From Lama glama (lineage: Eukaryota): a stretch of DNA of 64,000 nt. This document shows, one piece after another, positions 13,150-27,159 of the stretch. Below the pieces are notes generated by a model. The model was not told the DNA's origin, did not search any database, and saw only the letters and a program-made list of their open reading frames with translations. The translations under genes and the position numbers were made by a program. Each line of letters begins with the position of its first letter. Within the stretch, counting starts at the first letter, position 1. The stretch is taken from the NCBI GenBank assembly GCA_028534125.1, contig CM052816.1, forward strand, positions 37,202,001-37,266,000, read 5' to 3'.

Positions 13150-13531
13150 ATGTCAAAATATATTGCATTGACTTAAACAGTCAAGGACTTTTCTTCTCTC
13201 ATATAGCAATAATGTCAGAGTCTAGGATTTGTGGCAGCTTAATGAAGCTTTTAAGAACTCAAATTCTTCCTATATTCAGCTGAATTCTCTTTACATAAGG
13301 TCTTTGTATCCTCATGTTCACAAAATAGCTGCTAAATATCCAGGCATCATACCCATTTTCCAGGTAGGAGAAAGGGAGAAGGAGACTAGAACATCTGCTT
13401 GTTTCCATTTAGGTAATGGTCTGCATGCATGATCACTCATAAATGTAGATTGGGAAACTTTTATAGTGGAAGACATCTGGGGCATAGGGTTGAATGGATA
13501 TTGAGTGAATTTTCCTGAAGTATGTGCCACA
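13150..13531 (-). mobile_element. Old MaLR LTR (MLT1J/K-like)
   Basis: Motifs cctcatgttcacaaaatagctgct...ccaggcatcatacccattttccaggtagg; ends tgccaca. Confidence 0.55.
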
Positions 13532-14999
13532 TCATGCTACCTCTATATATTGCTCTGGAAAGTGGGGTGTTTCTTTTTTTACACTTGAAATTAGTGTAAA
13601 ATCCCCAGCTTTGGCCAAATAATTTTCATAATTTTTTAAACATCATGAAATATTATGTAAATTTAATGTTATATTAGGTCTATTTTATCATCATGTAGAT
13701 TTAATGTTAAATTGGGACTATTTTTCTGCAAATTTTCATTTTGTATATCTAGTCCTCTTTCTCTCTTAATATCTTTACTCTAAGACCTCTTGACATTGAA
13801 ATAATTTTCTCCTATTCTATCTAAATATTGTACATTTTTGTTATGCAATTCTACGTGGAGAGAAGTATAATATATGTTCTAATATTTGATATCTGAAGAG
13901 CAATTTATGTTTTCAGAGTACTTTAAAATCACATACCCATCAATCTTATTTGAATATTATATTGACCCACTTTTTCTTTCATTATGAATAAAAGGCTTTT
14001 AGTAGAGAACTACAGTAATTGAATGTTATAGTTAAGGAGATGGAATATTTCACATTCATTTTTCCATAATGAAATCTCCATGCCTTCATATCTAAAAATG
14101 CATACCTGAAGAAAATAATTTGGTTGTAATTTCACATTTCATAGACATATTGCATTAGACCTGTCACTGAAAAATTGTCTGCTTTGTGGTAATAATTATT
14201 ATTAATTATCAATATTTCAAAATAATGAGAATACAGTGATGAAATATATGTCATCACATAACCCTCTATTGAAAAATAATATTATAGGGAGAAAGTAGAA
14301 GAAGCTAAAGGGCAAAAGGATATTTGATTCTCTTTTAGAACTAGAATACCATGTATTTGATGACTGCACAGATAGTTTAAGATTTCTGCCTTAGTGTTTT
14401 TATTTTTGCTTTTTAATGGATGTATGTATAAATCATTTAAAGTTTATAAAGAACTTACATGAAGAATGACATACAAATGCCAAGTAATATCAGTTTACTT
14501 TCAAGAAGGTTATCAAGGATGCTTGAGATATGCTGTAAAAATTTTAATAAATTTTATAATCAATATAAGTAACTTATAATACATTCATTTAGACAGTAGT
14601 AATGAAATTATGTGTTCAAGAACGATAGGAAGTTTTCAAATTGTTATAGAAACTAAGATAGTATCGCTTATCATAGTCTGCTTAAACTTCTAACCCTGCA
14701 AATAATGCATGATTATATATGACATATTTAGAGTTCCCTTCCTTCAGTGGTAAAATACAAAAAAAAAAAGATACTCTCCTTTTTTGAATCTCTCCTCCCT
14801 TGTTATTTCTGGTTTACTTTTTATCATAGAGTTAACCTGTGACACCCCAGAATGGAGCTCTTGCCTAAATGAACATTAATCCCTATAAATGAAGTCTCAG
14901 ATTGTTCTTTGGTTTTACAATCAGCTTTGATATTAATAAGAGGATAGATATCAAAGTAAGACTTATTGGACTTGAAATCAATCTCCACTATTTATATCT

Positions 15000-15420
15000 T
15001 TTTTTATATCTTAATTTTACACAAAAATTACACAAATAGCACAGAGTCCATTTTCACTTCATGAGATTACCCTTTCACATGTGGCAGAACCATAGTACAA
15101 TTGTCCATAATTAAGGAATTAACATTCATACAATTCAATACGACAGATATATGTATACTAACCCATGGATGCACATATATCTACATTTATTTCTAAATCC
15201 ATCTACCCATATTTATTTTAAAACTGTAAGTTCACATTGATACCGCCATTAAATGCAACATTACAGTATTCATTCTAGCCTTCCTCCTTTCCTTATTTAT
15301 CACTTCTTTCTCTCACAATAAGAGATCTGACTCATAATCTAAGACATATTTACTTATTTGTTTACCTGTGGGATATATTTAACAGTTTCAGAATTCTAAT
15401 CCTTACTCCAATGAGAAAAA
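15000..15420 (-). mobile_element. Old L1 (L1MC-like) 3'-UTR fragment
   Basis: aaatagcacagagtcc...catagtacaattgtccataattaaggaattaacatt and gttcacattgatacc...ttcattctagccttcctcctttccttattt resemble L1MC 3' ends. Confidence 0.55.
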
Positions 15421-16844
15421 AAGTATGCACATCCTTAAAACACTCTTACTAGAGCATTTTATTAGGTGACTGCAGTTAGTTAACTTTTATAATTATGAGT
15501 TCAGAACTATAATACAGCACTCATTAAATGTGTAGAAAAATAAGTTTTCTTGTTATTTCTCTATTTTGCTGTTTTCAAATAATGCACTGCATTTTCAGGG
15601 CTAGAGTTTCATGCAAAGCTAATTGTATTCCTATGCATCACACATTATGATTTAGTGCAATCTCTCCCCTATAGATTTTCCAGCAAAGAAAGTAAAATGG
15701 GCCTCAAGTATCTCATTGCATGACTCCTCTGAACATGCCACCTTAGCTACCATGTCTGGACAAATGAGTACACCTTTAGACTCTCAAGCACAATGGCATA
15801 TAGATGTACAAATTATTGCCATTATTATAATTGCACTATTATGCCATATTGAGTGACTTCAGTGACTTAGTTTTACATTGTAAAGGCTATTTAAGAAAGT
15901 GTGTGAATAATTTATTACATTTTTATAAAATAAATGAAGATGGAAGGAATGGGCACTATTAAATTAAAAATGCAGTGGGATGCATATATTTTATTATATA
16001 CTAATATTCAGAGGATGCTGACAAATTTTATTGATTTTCTGCTCATTTTATGTATGAAAGGTCAATTTTATATTAGCTTCTAAAAAAAGAATAGTTGTTG
16101 GCACTTTTCTAGGTAAAACATAGATTAGTGAAAATTCCCCATCCTCACAATTTATGCCATATTTATTTTATCTTTCTGTAATACACTAGCAGGAAAATCT
16201 AGTTTTCAGCCATGTTTATGCTTGCTTGAAATTGAAGTTCTCATATAGACAAGGATATGTAACAAGAAAACAGATATAGTGAGAGAAAGGCATAAATCCT
16301 CAAGCATAATTAAAATGAGACAGCAGGAATCAGAGACCAATTATACATAGAAATAAAAACTTTGTTGTTTCATCTGATAAGATGTTGCTCTATTTTTTTT
16401 GTACTCCAATATTTTTAAAGCGCCATTACCAATTCTGTCTCTTAAAACTGACAAAACAAGAGAGTATAATTCACTGATCATTCAACTCTGACACAAAATT
16501 AGTTCCCCAGAGTCTCAAAAACTGAACAAAAATGTTAAGAATTTCCATTTGTCAATTCAGTTTCAGTTTCAATCACGTGTGAAGAAGTACAGAAATCATT
16601 GTTTTCTAAATCAGAAAAATGATGACATAAAGTCTATTAATTAACCTAGTATATTGTTTATTTAAAGCCTTTGAAGAAATTATTATTTAGAGAGCCAGTT
16701 TTTCCAATTAGTAAAACACATATATTTTATTACTTAAACTTTTATTGATTTTATAATTTTGAATTGAAATCATCCTAATAGAGTCTTACCTAAATATTTT
16801 ATAAATTTAAAGATGGAACATAAAACATAATCTCAACCTATCCT

Positions 16845-17360
16845 TCATTTACAAGTGTTTATTAAGTACCTACTCTGTGGTACTTATTTTTGTAAGCATT
16901 CTTGAGAGGTGGTGGGGGTGAACGAGGGAGTTTTCCCAGTCTAGGGTGTGGAATCCAGACACATGCCTCTAAGGCAATTTTAAGCAACACCAGTCTATCA
17001 AGAAGCTTGCACAGTTAGAGGGAATGCCTTTGCTGGCACATTGAGCGGGTAGTAAACTGTGTTAGCAAATGTCATCATATACAAGACTCCCAGCTTAAGC
17101 AAACAATACCAGAGGGAGTGGTGGACAAAACCATACAGACACCCCCATGCCATAAGGGACACTGAGGCTCTTTGAAGGTAAAGGGTTTGTGACAGAGGGA
17201 TGGTAAACTCTGAAATAGCCAAAACCAAGAGGAGAATTTCAGATAGGTTTAGGGGAGGGCGGTAGAGGGTAGAAACAGTACCTATGAAGCTGAAGACAAA
17301 CAGGATGATAATAACAAAGAAGATATGCTTTTGCCTCAGAATCTGAGGAAAGAATAGTTT
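16845..17360 (-). mobile_element. Degenerate L2 fragment
   Basis: Antisense L2 tail (tcatttacaagtgtttattaagtacctactctgtg) followed by purine-rich L2-like sequence. Confidence 0.4.
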
Positions 17361-17424
17361 CAAGCAGGCAATATCTAGTTCACACAGTTTATATTTGTGT
17401 TATTGCTACTTTATTAAAAATAAT

Positions 17425-17610
17425 AAAATAACATTTACTAGTACTTACATAGTGTCTGCTCCATACCAGACACTGTTCTAAGAGCTCTATCTTTCCCCTC
17501 TACCTTGTGGAGGAAAATGATACACAAAAGCTTTGAGTCATCTGCAAAGGTCCATGATTAACAAGTCTTTGAAATGGAACTCAAACCCACATAGTCTGAC
17601 TCCAGTCTTT
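17425..17610 (-). mobile_element. MIR SINE fragment
   Basis: tacttacatagtgtctgct...accagacactgttctaagagctct...gaggaaaatga...aaggtccatga...gaactcaaacccacatagtctgactcca. Confidence 0.65.
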
Positions 17611-18382
17611 TTTCTTTCTCCCTGTGACACACTACTTCTCAAATATTCAATCAAGTGTCACCCTTTTCTTCTCTAAGGAAGAGATGGCCTTAACTTAATG
17701 CTGTTCCCTCTATCAAACGTGCTAAAAAGATGGGTTGTGCTATGCTGACATTATGAAGGATTTTTTTAAATAACTGCAATCTTTGTTAGGAAAAATCTGC
17801 AATCTTTGTTGGGAAAATACTGTTTTCATGAGATAAGTACAGATACATATATTTATTTATCTATTTATAATATATTGTGTCTTTCCTTTTTCCCCTCTGC
17901 CTTCCCTTCTTTCCCTCCTTTCTTCTTCCCTTCTTTCCTATCATCCTTTCTTCCTTTCTGTTTTTTATATTCTGCTTTTTTATATTCTTCAGATAAACTT
18001 TGATTTTGGTTTTAACTATCTTTGTGATATCCTGCATATAATATTAATTTAGAAAAAATTAAAATGTGTCACTGATATATTCATTAAATGTATTACTACT
18101 AAATATCTCCAAAACCATTTTTGTGTGTGTGACAGATTTAAAACTCTGAATGATTTACCAACAAAGAAGTCTCAAAGCCAGAACAGCAGAGATCTGACAA
18201 CAGAGATCAGACTTCAGTTTGTCTGAGAGATGAAAATTGAGGAGTTTGTTGAGCTCTGGATTGAGCCCACATTGGTGATTCCTTTCACAAAACATTGGTC
18301 ATAATTCCTACCTTTATCCTGATCTATTTAAGATCAATTTAAATTTATTTCTCTTCTGACTTACCTGCATTTTGCTATCCTT

Positions 18383-18442
18383 TGTGTGTGTGTGTGTGTC
18401 TGAGTGTGTGTGTGTGTGTGAAAGAGAGAGAAAAAGAGAGAG
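18383..18442. repeat. (TG)n followed by (AG)n microsatellite
   Basis: Direct reading. Confidence 0.95.
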
Positions 18443-20391
18443 CACTTAAAACTGATGAATTAAGTCTTTTCTAAGGATTAGCATATACAATGTAACTATC
18501 CAAATACTAAGTCAGTTTGGAATTTATGATGTTTAATCATTGAACTCCTGATTGTTAATTAAGAGACCAAGAATATATTTTCGGTTGAGATCATTCATTT
18601 TTATCTGCAGCCAAGCTCATGCCTAAGTCTTTGTCCATATCGTTTGCTAATGACCAAAGAAATTCAGTAAAAATAATTACAATATAGTTTTATATCGTAA
18701 TTCATTCTTGAAATAAAATTTCTTTTCTGCTTGTTGTAGACTAAATATTCCTAAAATCTTTTCGACCCAATTGATTCTTCCCTGCATAGAGGCAGCCAAA
18801 GCATGGGGAAAAAGACCTTCTAACAGGGCTGAGACATTTTGATCCACTTCAGCTCTGCTCTGCCTCACCTCATGATTTAGAAAATCAATGGCATATCAGC
18901 TTAGTAGTCACTGATCCATGAGGTAATTGCACCTTCTAATATCTTTGGCATAAAGCTTCAGAAATGGGCAGAGCCAATGACCAGAGGGTAAAGCACATTT
19001 TTTTTTCCAATTTTTTGTTCAAATTGAGAGTCACCTCAGTCTGTATTTCTGAAGGAAAAATAATATTGTCTCAGAGGCGTAAAGCTACTATTCAACACAC
19101 TTTTATTATATCAAGATTATTATTTTTCCAAATAACTGGCTTTATTGTGTTATGGATTATATTTACCTGCAAAACTTGTGTGTAGAATTTTAATTCACTT
19201 AAAAAAAAGCACTTCTGGACTTCACTGTGAAAACCTGAGCACTTCATTTTGTTGTTAAATATGGTGGGAAATTATCCCCACTGCTTTTGTTACGCTGCTT
19301 AGAGACATCTTAACTAACTAGATAAGAATTCTTCCTTAAGAAAGAGACGTGGGCTTAAGTAAATACTAAACAAATTGAGTATTAACACACAGGGAGAAAG
19401 TAAGATTGATGATCTGACAAAACATTAATTAAAAGAAGGAACATTGCCAAGATTTTCTCGTATAATTCAATTCCACATAATTCAAAGGCAAAATTAATTT
19501 ACTGTTTCTTATTTGACAACAAAGAAAGAGCTTTATATTGATTATCTTTTTTAAGTGTGTGCTCATGTGGCATGGTAAAACTCCGTAATCGGAAACATAG
19601 TTGTTTAACCTCAGAGGTTTGTGTTTAAATTCCAGAACTCCACAGAGACCACAGAACATTTCTTTGAAACAAAATGAGTTTGCAGCTATTTCTGCAGGTT
19701 TCTCGGCATATGCGAACATCAAATACCAATTTTGGTATTAATTAAAGGAAATAACCCAAAAACATTTGGCAATTTTTACTTTGAGCGGTTGCCAGTTTGT
19801 ACAGCCCAACATATGCTGACTATTTTATATACAACTGATTTATTACAAAGTTTACCAATGATACCTAACACTATTTTTTAAAGTTTACTTGCCCAGGTAT
19901 CAGCAATTTTAAAAATTAAATGTCGGTATGTATTATAAAACTGAGTGTACTTACTAATTTAATTCTATGAAGCCTCTTTAAAGGTATTTCATGTCTCTGT
20001 CATTTCAAAATGTAATTTCCAAATAATTATCTTTTCTGTTGAAGACTTCATGCAATTATTGTTTGAAAATATTTAATTCTTCTGTTTCATGAGGTAGAGA
20101 AAAATTAAGTTTTTGTTCCAAATGTATAATTAAATGTCTAGCATTAAAGTGATGCCAAAGTAAATACTCCTCAGAATTTTAAATATATAGAAACAGAGCC
20201 CTGTTTGCAAGTGAAGTCTGAATTCTCAACAAAAATCAATTCTGAGATACTGGTTATATTGGTTATGTAGTATTGGCATTGCTTAGAGGATGTAATATCC
20301 TGGCAAATCCTTGAACTTAAAATTTTCTGCCCTGGGATTATTATTCCTAAAAAGAGGACATTTGAATACAAAAGGGACTTTGAAAACAATT

Positions 20392-20600
20392 GATTTGGCT
20401 CCTCCAGGAATCAGAACTAAGGCATAAACTTGGGTTCTATTACTTTATTAGGAAGTACAGTGCCAGGGAAGGGGAAATAAGAGAGGAGTGAAGCAAGGAA
20501 GCAGAAAGTCAATAAGAGGCAGTGGTAGTAAGCTGCTCTTCTTGGAACAAAATGCAAGTGACGGTGTGCTCTGAAAGGCTAGAGAATTCCTGGTCCTAAG
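20392..20600. mobile_element. Probable ERVL LTR16-like fragment
   Basis: ggctcctccaggaatcagaactaaggcataaacttggg...tactttattaggaagt...gagtgaagcaagg resembles an LTR16-type end. Confidence 0.4.
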
Positions 20601-21721
20601 GAAGGCTGACATTAAGTTTCAAATATTATTTTAGATTTTTTTAAACCCCAGATGTCAATTTGGTCTGCAAGGATCTTTCAAACTTTAAGTCATTCATATC
20701 ATCTTAAAAATACTTAATACCAAAAATGTAGTAATTCATCAAAACTAATAAAATTGTATTTAGTAAATTGGTTTTGATTTTAGATAATTGCTCTTCAACT
20801 GAGACATGTTCTAAGGCACTTTTCAAACTGGTTTTGAAGTGTCTTATTGACTAAACATTATATGGGACAGACTAAGGCTCCACAAAGATAATTAATGACA
20901 AAATGGCAATGTGTACATTTTATAAAACTGAAGACTCCAAAGCTCCTCAAAGAGGACAATGATTAAAGGAAGTTATTTATTCATTTGCTTCTCCTCTCCA
21001 ATTTGGTAAAAGTTTTATTTTAAACTGAGGATTTCAAAATGGCTCTGTTGTAAAGAAAGAAACAGAACAACAACAAAATTCAAAAAGATGCATGCTACTA
21101 TCTTACCAAGTTTCCACATACTTAGTTTCCAACATGCTAAAGGAATCAACAAGAATCATTAATATAGCCCAAATGAATTACATTATTTAATCTGGCAGGA
21201 TAGCCATTTAGAACTGGAATGAAGGAGATACTTTAGTTTGGATATTATCTGAACATTTGATTAAGCTATCTTTTCTAAACACAACCGTATTGTACTGACA
21301 GTAATAATACAAGTTTTGATGACAATTTTTCTAAATTTAGGGATGATATTTAAAGACTGTGGGCTTATTTCTTTTCATAAAATAAGTGTAAACAAATGAA
21401 ATATATTCTGGGTCTGTTGAAAGTCTAAAATTGAAAGCATTCAAAACATATTAAGCAATCTGAATTAAAACTCATTTTACAAAGTCTATAGTGCTTAAGA
21501 GGGGAAAAATGTACCTGGATTCATAGCTAATATGAGATTTGTAGTACAAAAAAAGTTAACAAGAAAACCAATGACATGAGCCCTAGGGTAATGTTACTTG
21601 CTGGAACAAAGGTGTGCCGCACAATAATAATGCCAGAGAAGGACTTCGCAACTACACAGAAAGTATATTTTAAAGAAAATATAACTTATAGTAATGCTGT
21701 CACTTGATGCAAAATATTTTA

Positions 21722-22147
21722 CAGGCATACCTCAGAGATGTTGTAGGTTCAGTTCCAGACCATCACAATAAAGAGAATCATACAATTTTTTTGGTTTCCC
21801 AGTGCATATAAAATTTGTTTACACTATAGTCTATTAAGTGTGCAATGGTATTATGTTTAAAATCATTGCACATATCTTAAAAAATACAAAATAAACAAAA
21901 ATACAATTACAATAGTAACATCAAAGATCACTGATCACAGATCACCATAACAAATATAATAAATTAAAAGTTCGAAATACTGAAAGAGTAACTAAAATGT
22001 GATATAGGTACGAAGTGAGCAGATGCTGCTGGGAAAATGACATTGATCATCTTGCTTGATGCAGAGTCTCCACAAACTTTCAATTTGTAAAAACCAAATA
22101 TTTGCTAAGAACAATAAAGTGAGGCATAATAAAACAAGGTTTGCCTG
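21722..22147 (-). mobile_element. Internally deleted Tigger1-derived (TcMar) DNA transposon
   Basis: TIRs caggcatacct (21722) and aggtttgcctg (ending 22147); TA just left of the element; Tigger1 end motifs ttccagaccatcacaataaag and aacatcaaagatcactgatcacagatcaccataac; no transposase ORF. Confidence 0.9.
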
Positions 22148-23809
22148 TCATCAGATTTGGCACATTTCAAGTGTCATAAGGATATAAGGAAAACAAAGAT
22201 GTTCATCATTTAAATGATGTAACTGCTCTTCATTTTGAATGAAAAGAGCTTGAAAATTTTCTACTTGCTCTATGATTTCTCACACCTAAACTATAACCAT
22301 TGGGTATTTGTTCTTAATTACCAGCTCTATCACAATCACATTTCTCATTAGTTGGGAAATGAATCTTATCATATCAGTATTAGAGTCAATGACATTTAAT
22401 CCTTTGCTCAGAATCTGGCTTCTTGAATTTGTTTTCAAAACATGATGCCCTTCTTAAATATGTGCTTACACTTATATTCACACTGATAATATCATAAACT
22501 ATTTTGCACTTCATATACTACTAAAGAGTAAGTCTGGTTAATTAAAGATTTTATTGAGTTCTAAAGGATACAGTACTAGATTGGTAAATGATGCAAATAA
22601 ATTTTTAAAAAATTGTATAAATACCCTATATTGTGTCCCTGCCACTTCCTCAATAGCAGGGGAAAAACTAATTATTCTATCTTTTGTTTTCAGTGATTGC
22701 TCAGTGATCTTGTCTTGCGGTCTCAAGAGTTACGTGTCAATATAAAGTATCAATTTTAAAAATTGCTGTTTGTAACTTGTAACATTTTGATTATAAATAT
22801 TCTTTTTATTCATGCCTGTGACAAAACTCGTTCTTTTTGCAACATTCTACCTGATAAGAGTAGTAAAATAGAATACATTAAGCATTTAACACTCATTAGC
22901 TTGTTGAAATAAAACATTTAATAACATTTTATAATGTTTTCATTTATTCTACTGAAGTATTCATATTAGAGTACCAATTGCATGTAAACTTAAATTAAGC
23001 ATTATTAAGACATATTATCATTAAGAAATGTATAAACAATTGTTCAGTAAAAGTATTTGTCAGCAAAACTTTTGAGCTGCCTGTTGTATAGGTGGTCAGT
23101 TCAGCACAATGAGCCCAACTGAAAGTGACAATCAAGCCTTTCTTTACATACTGTGACAACGTAGGCAAGAGGCCAAGGAGAAGGCTGCTGGCTTCCCAGT
23201 GTCCCGTTTTTCCCCACAGAATGGTACATGCCAGTGATCAGGTGACATGCAGCACAGATTACAGATGGGGGAAATGTGCCTCAGTCAAGGCCCGCCCCTC
23301 AATATAGAAGTGTCTGCAAAGTTGCAATCCCAAAGGAGATCTCCAGTAGGAGGTGCCTATGGTAGAAACTCAGATATGCACATGAGCATGGCTAGCCTAG
23401 GAGTGCTGAGCTCTTGACTGTGGCTCCCTCTTGAAATCTGCACACAATGACTGTATACCAAGCCTGGTGAGGTGAGGGCAGCTTCCAGTCACAAGGCCTG
23501 CCAAGCAGAGCCCTGTAATTGATTATAGTTCAGCCTGAAAGATCACATACAGATTTTAGGTTGGAAATGGACTTCTAAAAACAAGTTGCCTTTTTTTTTT
23601 TAAGTTTATTTTTTTAATGACAACTGTTAATTCAGTCTGTCCATACTATAAATACATTAAAAGCTAAACTGAAGTTTTATGTTAAAATTAAACTGTATTT
23701 TTTCTGGTTAATTTCACAATGGTACTCCATCTGAAACATCTGGCTTAGTAGGAACATTGTTTGTTTATCATTCATATTGTTCAGAAGTTTTTCATCTTGT
23801 AAGTGGCAA

Positions 23810-23900
23810 ATTCATGAGGAAAATCCAGAAACTCACTTCCCCAGCTTTCCTTGCAGTTATCATGTAAGCACATGACCTAGGCTGCTCCAACCCAGATTCG
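23810..23900. mobile_element. LTR33/LTR16-like ERVL LTR fragment
   Basis: ctcacttccccagctttccttgcagtta...gcacatgacctaggc motif. Confidence 0.4.
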
Positions 23901-26619
23901 TATTTTACTGAAGTGAAAAAGAAAGCTCCGCTTTTGTCATCGGTCATTATAGACATTTAGATACACTAAGAAAACTCCTCTAAGACTATGTAAAATATTG
24001 GATAAAAGAATTAAAAACAAATTTAAAATGAATTCTTGACTAGACAAGAAAATAAGAGTACTTCAAAAGCCAAAACTCAATTAATAGTTGAAAAGTTAAA
24101 AGAAAAAGAGAGAGGGAGAGAGAGTGTGAAAAAGGGTGGAAGGAAGAGAAGAAGGAAGAAATAAAGAAGAAAGAAAAGAAAAGAAAGATTCAAACCAGTT
24201 TTAACTCTTTGAATAATTGCTAAAGTTATGTAAACTAGAGTTTTTAATCCTCTGTCTCCTTCTCTCTTTGCCATTTCATCATTTTTTCATATGTTAAGTG
24301 TTCATAATCTTAGTGTTGTAAGATACTCTGGTTTTACCCCTGTGTCACTATCAAATGTCTCTCATTTCAATGCTTCTAGTCTTAAAGTCTGCTTTGTCTG
24401 ACATTGATATGTCCACCCCAGTTCTTTGTTTAATGTTTGCATAGGACAATATCACTTAAAATTGTATTGACAAACATCAAATGTCTTGGAACAAATCTAA
24501 CAGAAAATTTAATGGTGAGACCATCAAACTCTCTGCCAACATTATCTTTAATAGTGCCCAATTATTTTATTCATTCTTTACTAATTTATTCTAGTTGAAT
24601 CAGTGAATACTTATTAAGAAACTACTTTTGCCATATAATGCATTAAATATGGGTGTAGATAAAAATATGGGTGTGTTAAAATTTGTTTACCTATATATTT
24701 CATAAGTGTATAATCGTGTATATGTTAGCTGTATCCATATGCATTTTTATCAGGCGAATTGTCTTGTTAATTTTGATACTCATGCGTAAATATGTGTGTG
24801 TCTTTGTTTGTGTTTGTATAGTAGATGGTGGGACAGTGGGAATCATTTAATTGAATTGACATACAAATCAAAAATTAAAATGACCCATCTAAAACCATAA
24901 ATGTAGATGTTTAGCTTTAAAAAGTTTACTGAATATTCTCTTATGTCTATAACTAATGAAATGCACTGAGGGAATATATGAAAACATGTTGTAAAACACA
25001 ATGTGTAGAATTTATTTTGATAAATTTTATTTGAAACAGACTCTTGGTTTCTGAAGTCGAATAAAATAATTCAATATTTTCTAATTATGACAATCAAGAT
25101 AATATGTATGTTAAATTTAAAGGTATTTCCAGAATGTACAAAGTACAAAACTTCTTAAAGTTGTATGCTTATAATTATTACTTTATCAGTCTGTCCCTTT
25201 GGGTGAATATTTTAACTTAATTTTGACCAAATTAAATGCCAGAGATAATATATTCTATTTCATGGGTTACTACCTACTAAAATCATAATGCTGATTTATT
25301 GCTGTGATCTTCTATTTAAGGCATGAACAAGAACTATTATGCTCTCATTTCAGATGGGAAATTTTTATTATTAACAGATGCATTCTAACTGGGGAGTCTC
25401 ATGCTGCTATGAAATATGAGTGTTAACTTTACCATGCGTTCGTGTGCTATGTGTGTATAGGGACCAAGAGGTGGTTCAGCTCTGGGTTCAGGCTGTATTC
25501 TTGGCTCCTGTTGTCATCAGTTCCTGAAGTGCTTCTGCCCCCACCTCGTCCCCAGTGACCTACCCATTGTTATATTTCTTCCCGGGTAAACACCGTTTTA
25601 CCAGTACAGATGAGTGTGCTCTCCTCCTCCCTACTTTACTCTAATAAAATCCCCATTTTTCACAAACAGGAGGACATTCATTTCTCCCATCTCATTTTTC
25701 AAGTACCAAATCATGGCATTTCAAATTTTAAGTAAACAAAAAGTCCAATTTTTCATAGTGACAGCAGCAGCATTGATGTATGAACCTGAAACACCAAATG
25801 ACTTATTCCTGATGATATTTGAAGAAGCCCCTTGTATTTTTAAAACATGTCAAGATGATTTGTTTTGGCATTGCATTCTAGCCCTTGTTTATGTAAGTTC
25901 TTAATAGGCTATGTTTCATTATCCAGGGTGTAGGTCCTTGTTATAAATTAGATCCTGTCCACTAAAATCTCCTCATTAGAGGTTCAAAGGACAGATAATG
26001 CCATGGACTCCTTGCTTAAATAAATCTCATAAGCTTGCAAGCTGCCTGATTGACTTACTGTAATCTTGGAAGTAGTAGAAACAATGACAAACATAAAACT
26101 TCTAATTTTTTTTTTTAACCTTTAGAGTCAACTGCAGTACAAGTATGTCTAGACAATCTCCAAGATGGACAGAACCTGTTTTACTGTCTGGATACCCTGA
26201 GAGAGAAAAATAAATGTCACAGCAATTGCCTTTTCATTTTTGTTCCAGTCACAGGACCATAAGGATGTGTTTTGAGAAGAAAGTACTTGTACACGTCAAC
26301 ATAATCCTATACCAGTCCCCTGCCCTGCCTGGTGAGAGTGGACAGTGATAAATGAAAAGGGCCGTAAGAAGCAAGTGTTCACTTCAGAGCTGAGGTTTCT
26401 ACCTTTCAAGAGTGATTTGCTAGGAACTCGTGGCTTACAGGGTGCCCAAAACTACTCATTATTGTTTTTTCTCCCCATGACCGTGGGGGAGTATAGTGAC
26501 ATAGTTCACTAGTTAGAAAATTAAGATTTAGAATTAGAACGCAGAATTGTGAAATCTTCCTTTAATCTTGTTTATCCTCTGAAGAGGGGTAATTCTTTAG
26601 CCCTAATTTTATGTTTGTA

Positions 26620-27155
26620 TTGATATGTAACCGAAATAAAATAACTACACATGTTTAAAGGGAGCGTTTTCTCATGCTTTGACTTAGATAGCCAGCTGTG
26701 AGTCCATCACAGGCGAGACAGTGAACGTACTTGTCACACCCCAAAAGTTCCCTTTTGTTGCTTTGTAATTCCTCCTGCTGCCCACCTCTGCTTCTGTCCA
26801 CTTGTCCCAGGCAACCACTGATATGATTTCTGTTATTATTGATTAATGTGTATTTTCTGAAATTTTATAAAAATGAAATTAGACAAAAATATAGAAGACA
26901 TACAAACAAATATATATATACATGTATATTTGGTGAGGGGTTTCTGGCTTCTTTCACTCAATGTAATTACTTCAAGAATTATTCACTTCGGTGTGTGTAT
27001 TGTTTGTTCCTTTATTGTTGAATAGGATTCTGTTGTGTGGATATGACACAATGGGCTTATTTCCCTGTTGACAAAAACTGGGTTGTTTCAAGTTTTTAGC
27101 TATTTCACAAGTAAAGCTAGTATATATATTCCTAGACAAGAGTTTTCAACAACAT
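26620..27155 (-). mobile_element. Old L1 (L1ME/MC-like) 3' end
   Basis: caccccaaaagttcccttt...caggcaaccactgatatgatttctgt...gaaattttataaaaatgaaatt...ttctggcttctttcactca...ctgggttgtttcaagtttttagct. Confidence 0.8.
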
Positions 27156-27159
27156 GATT

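Noticed and set aside
16998..17363. 121-aa hydrophobic ORF on the minus strand
   Set aside because: Overlaps probable degenerate L2, has a non-ATG start, and shows no recognisable domain.
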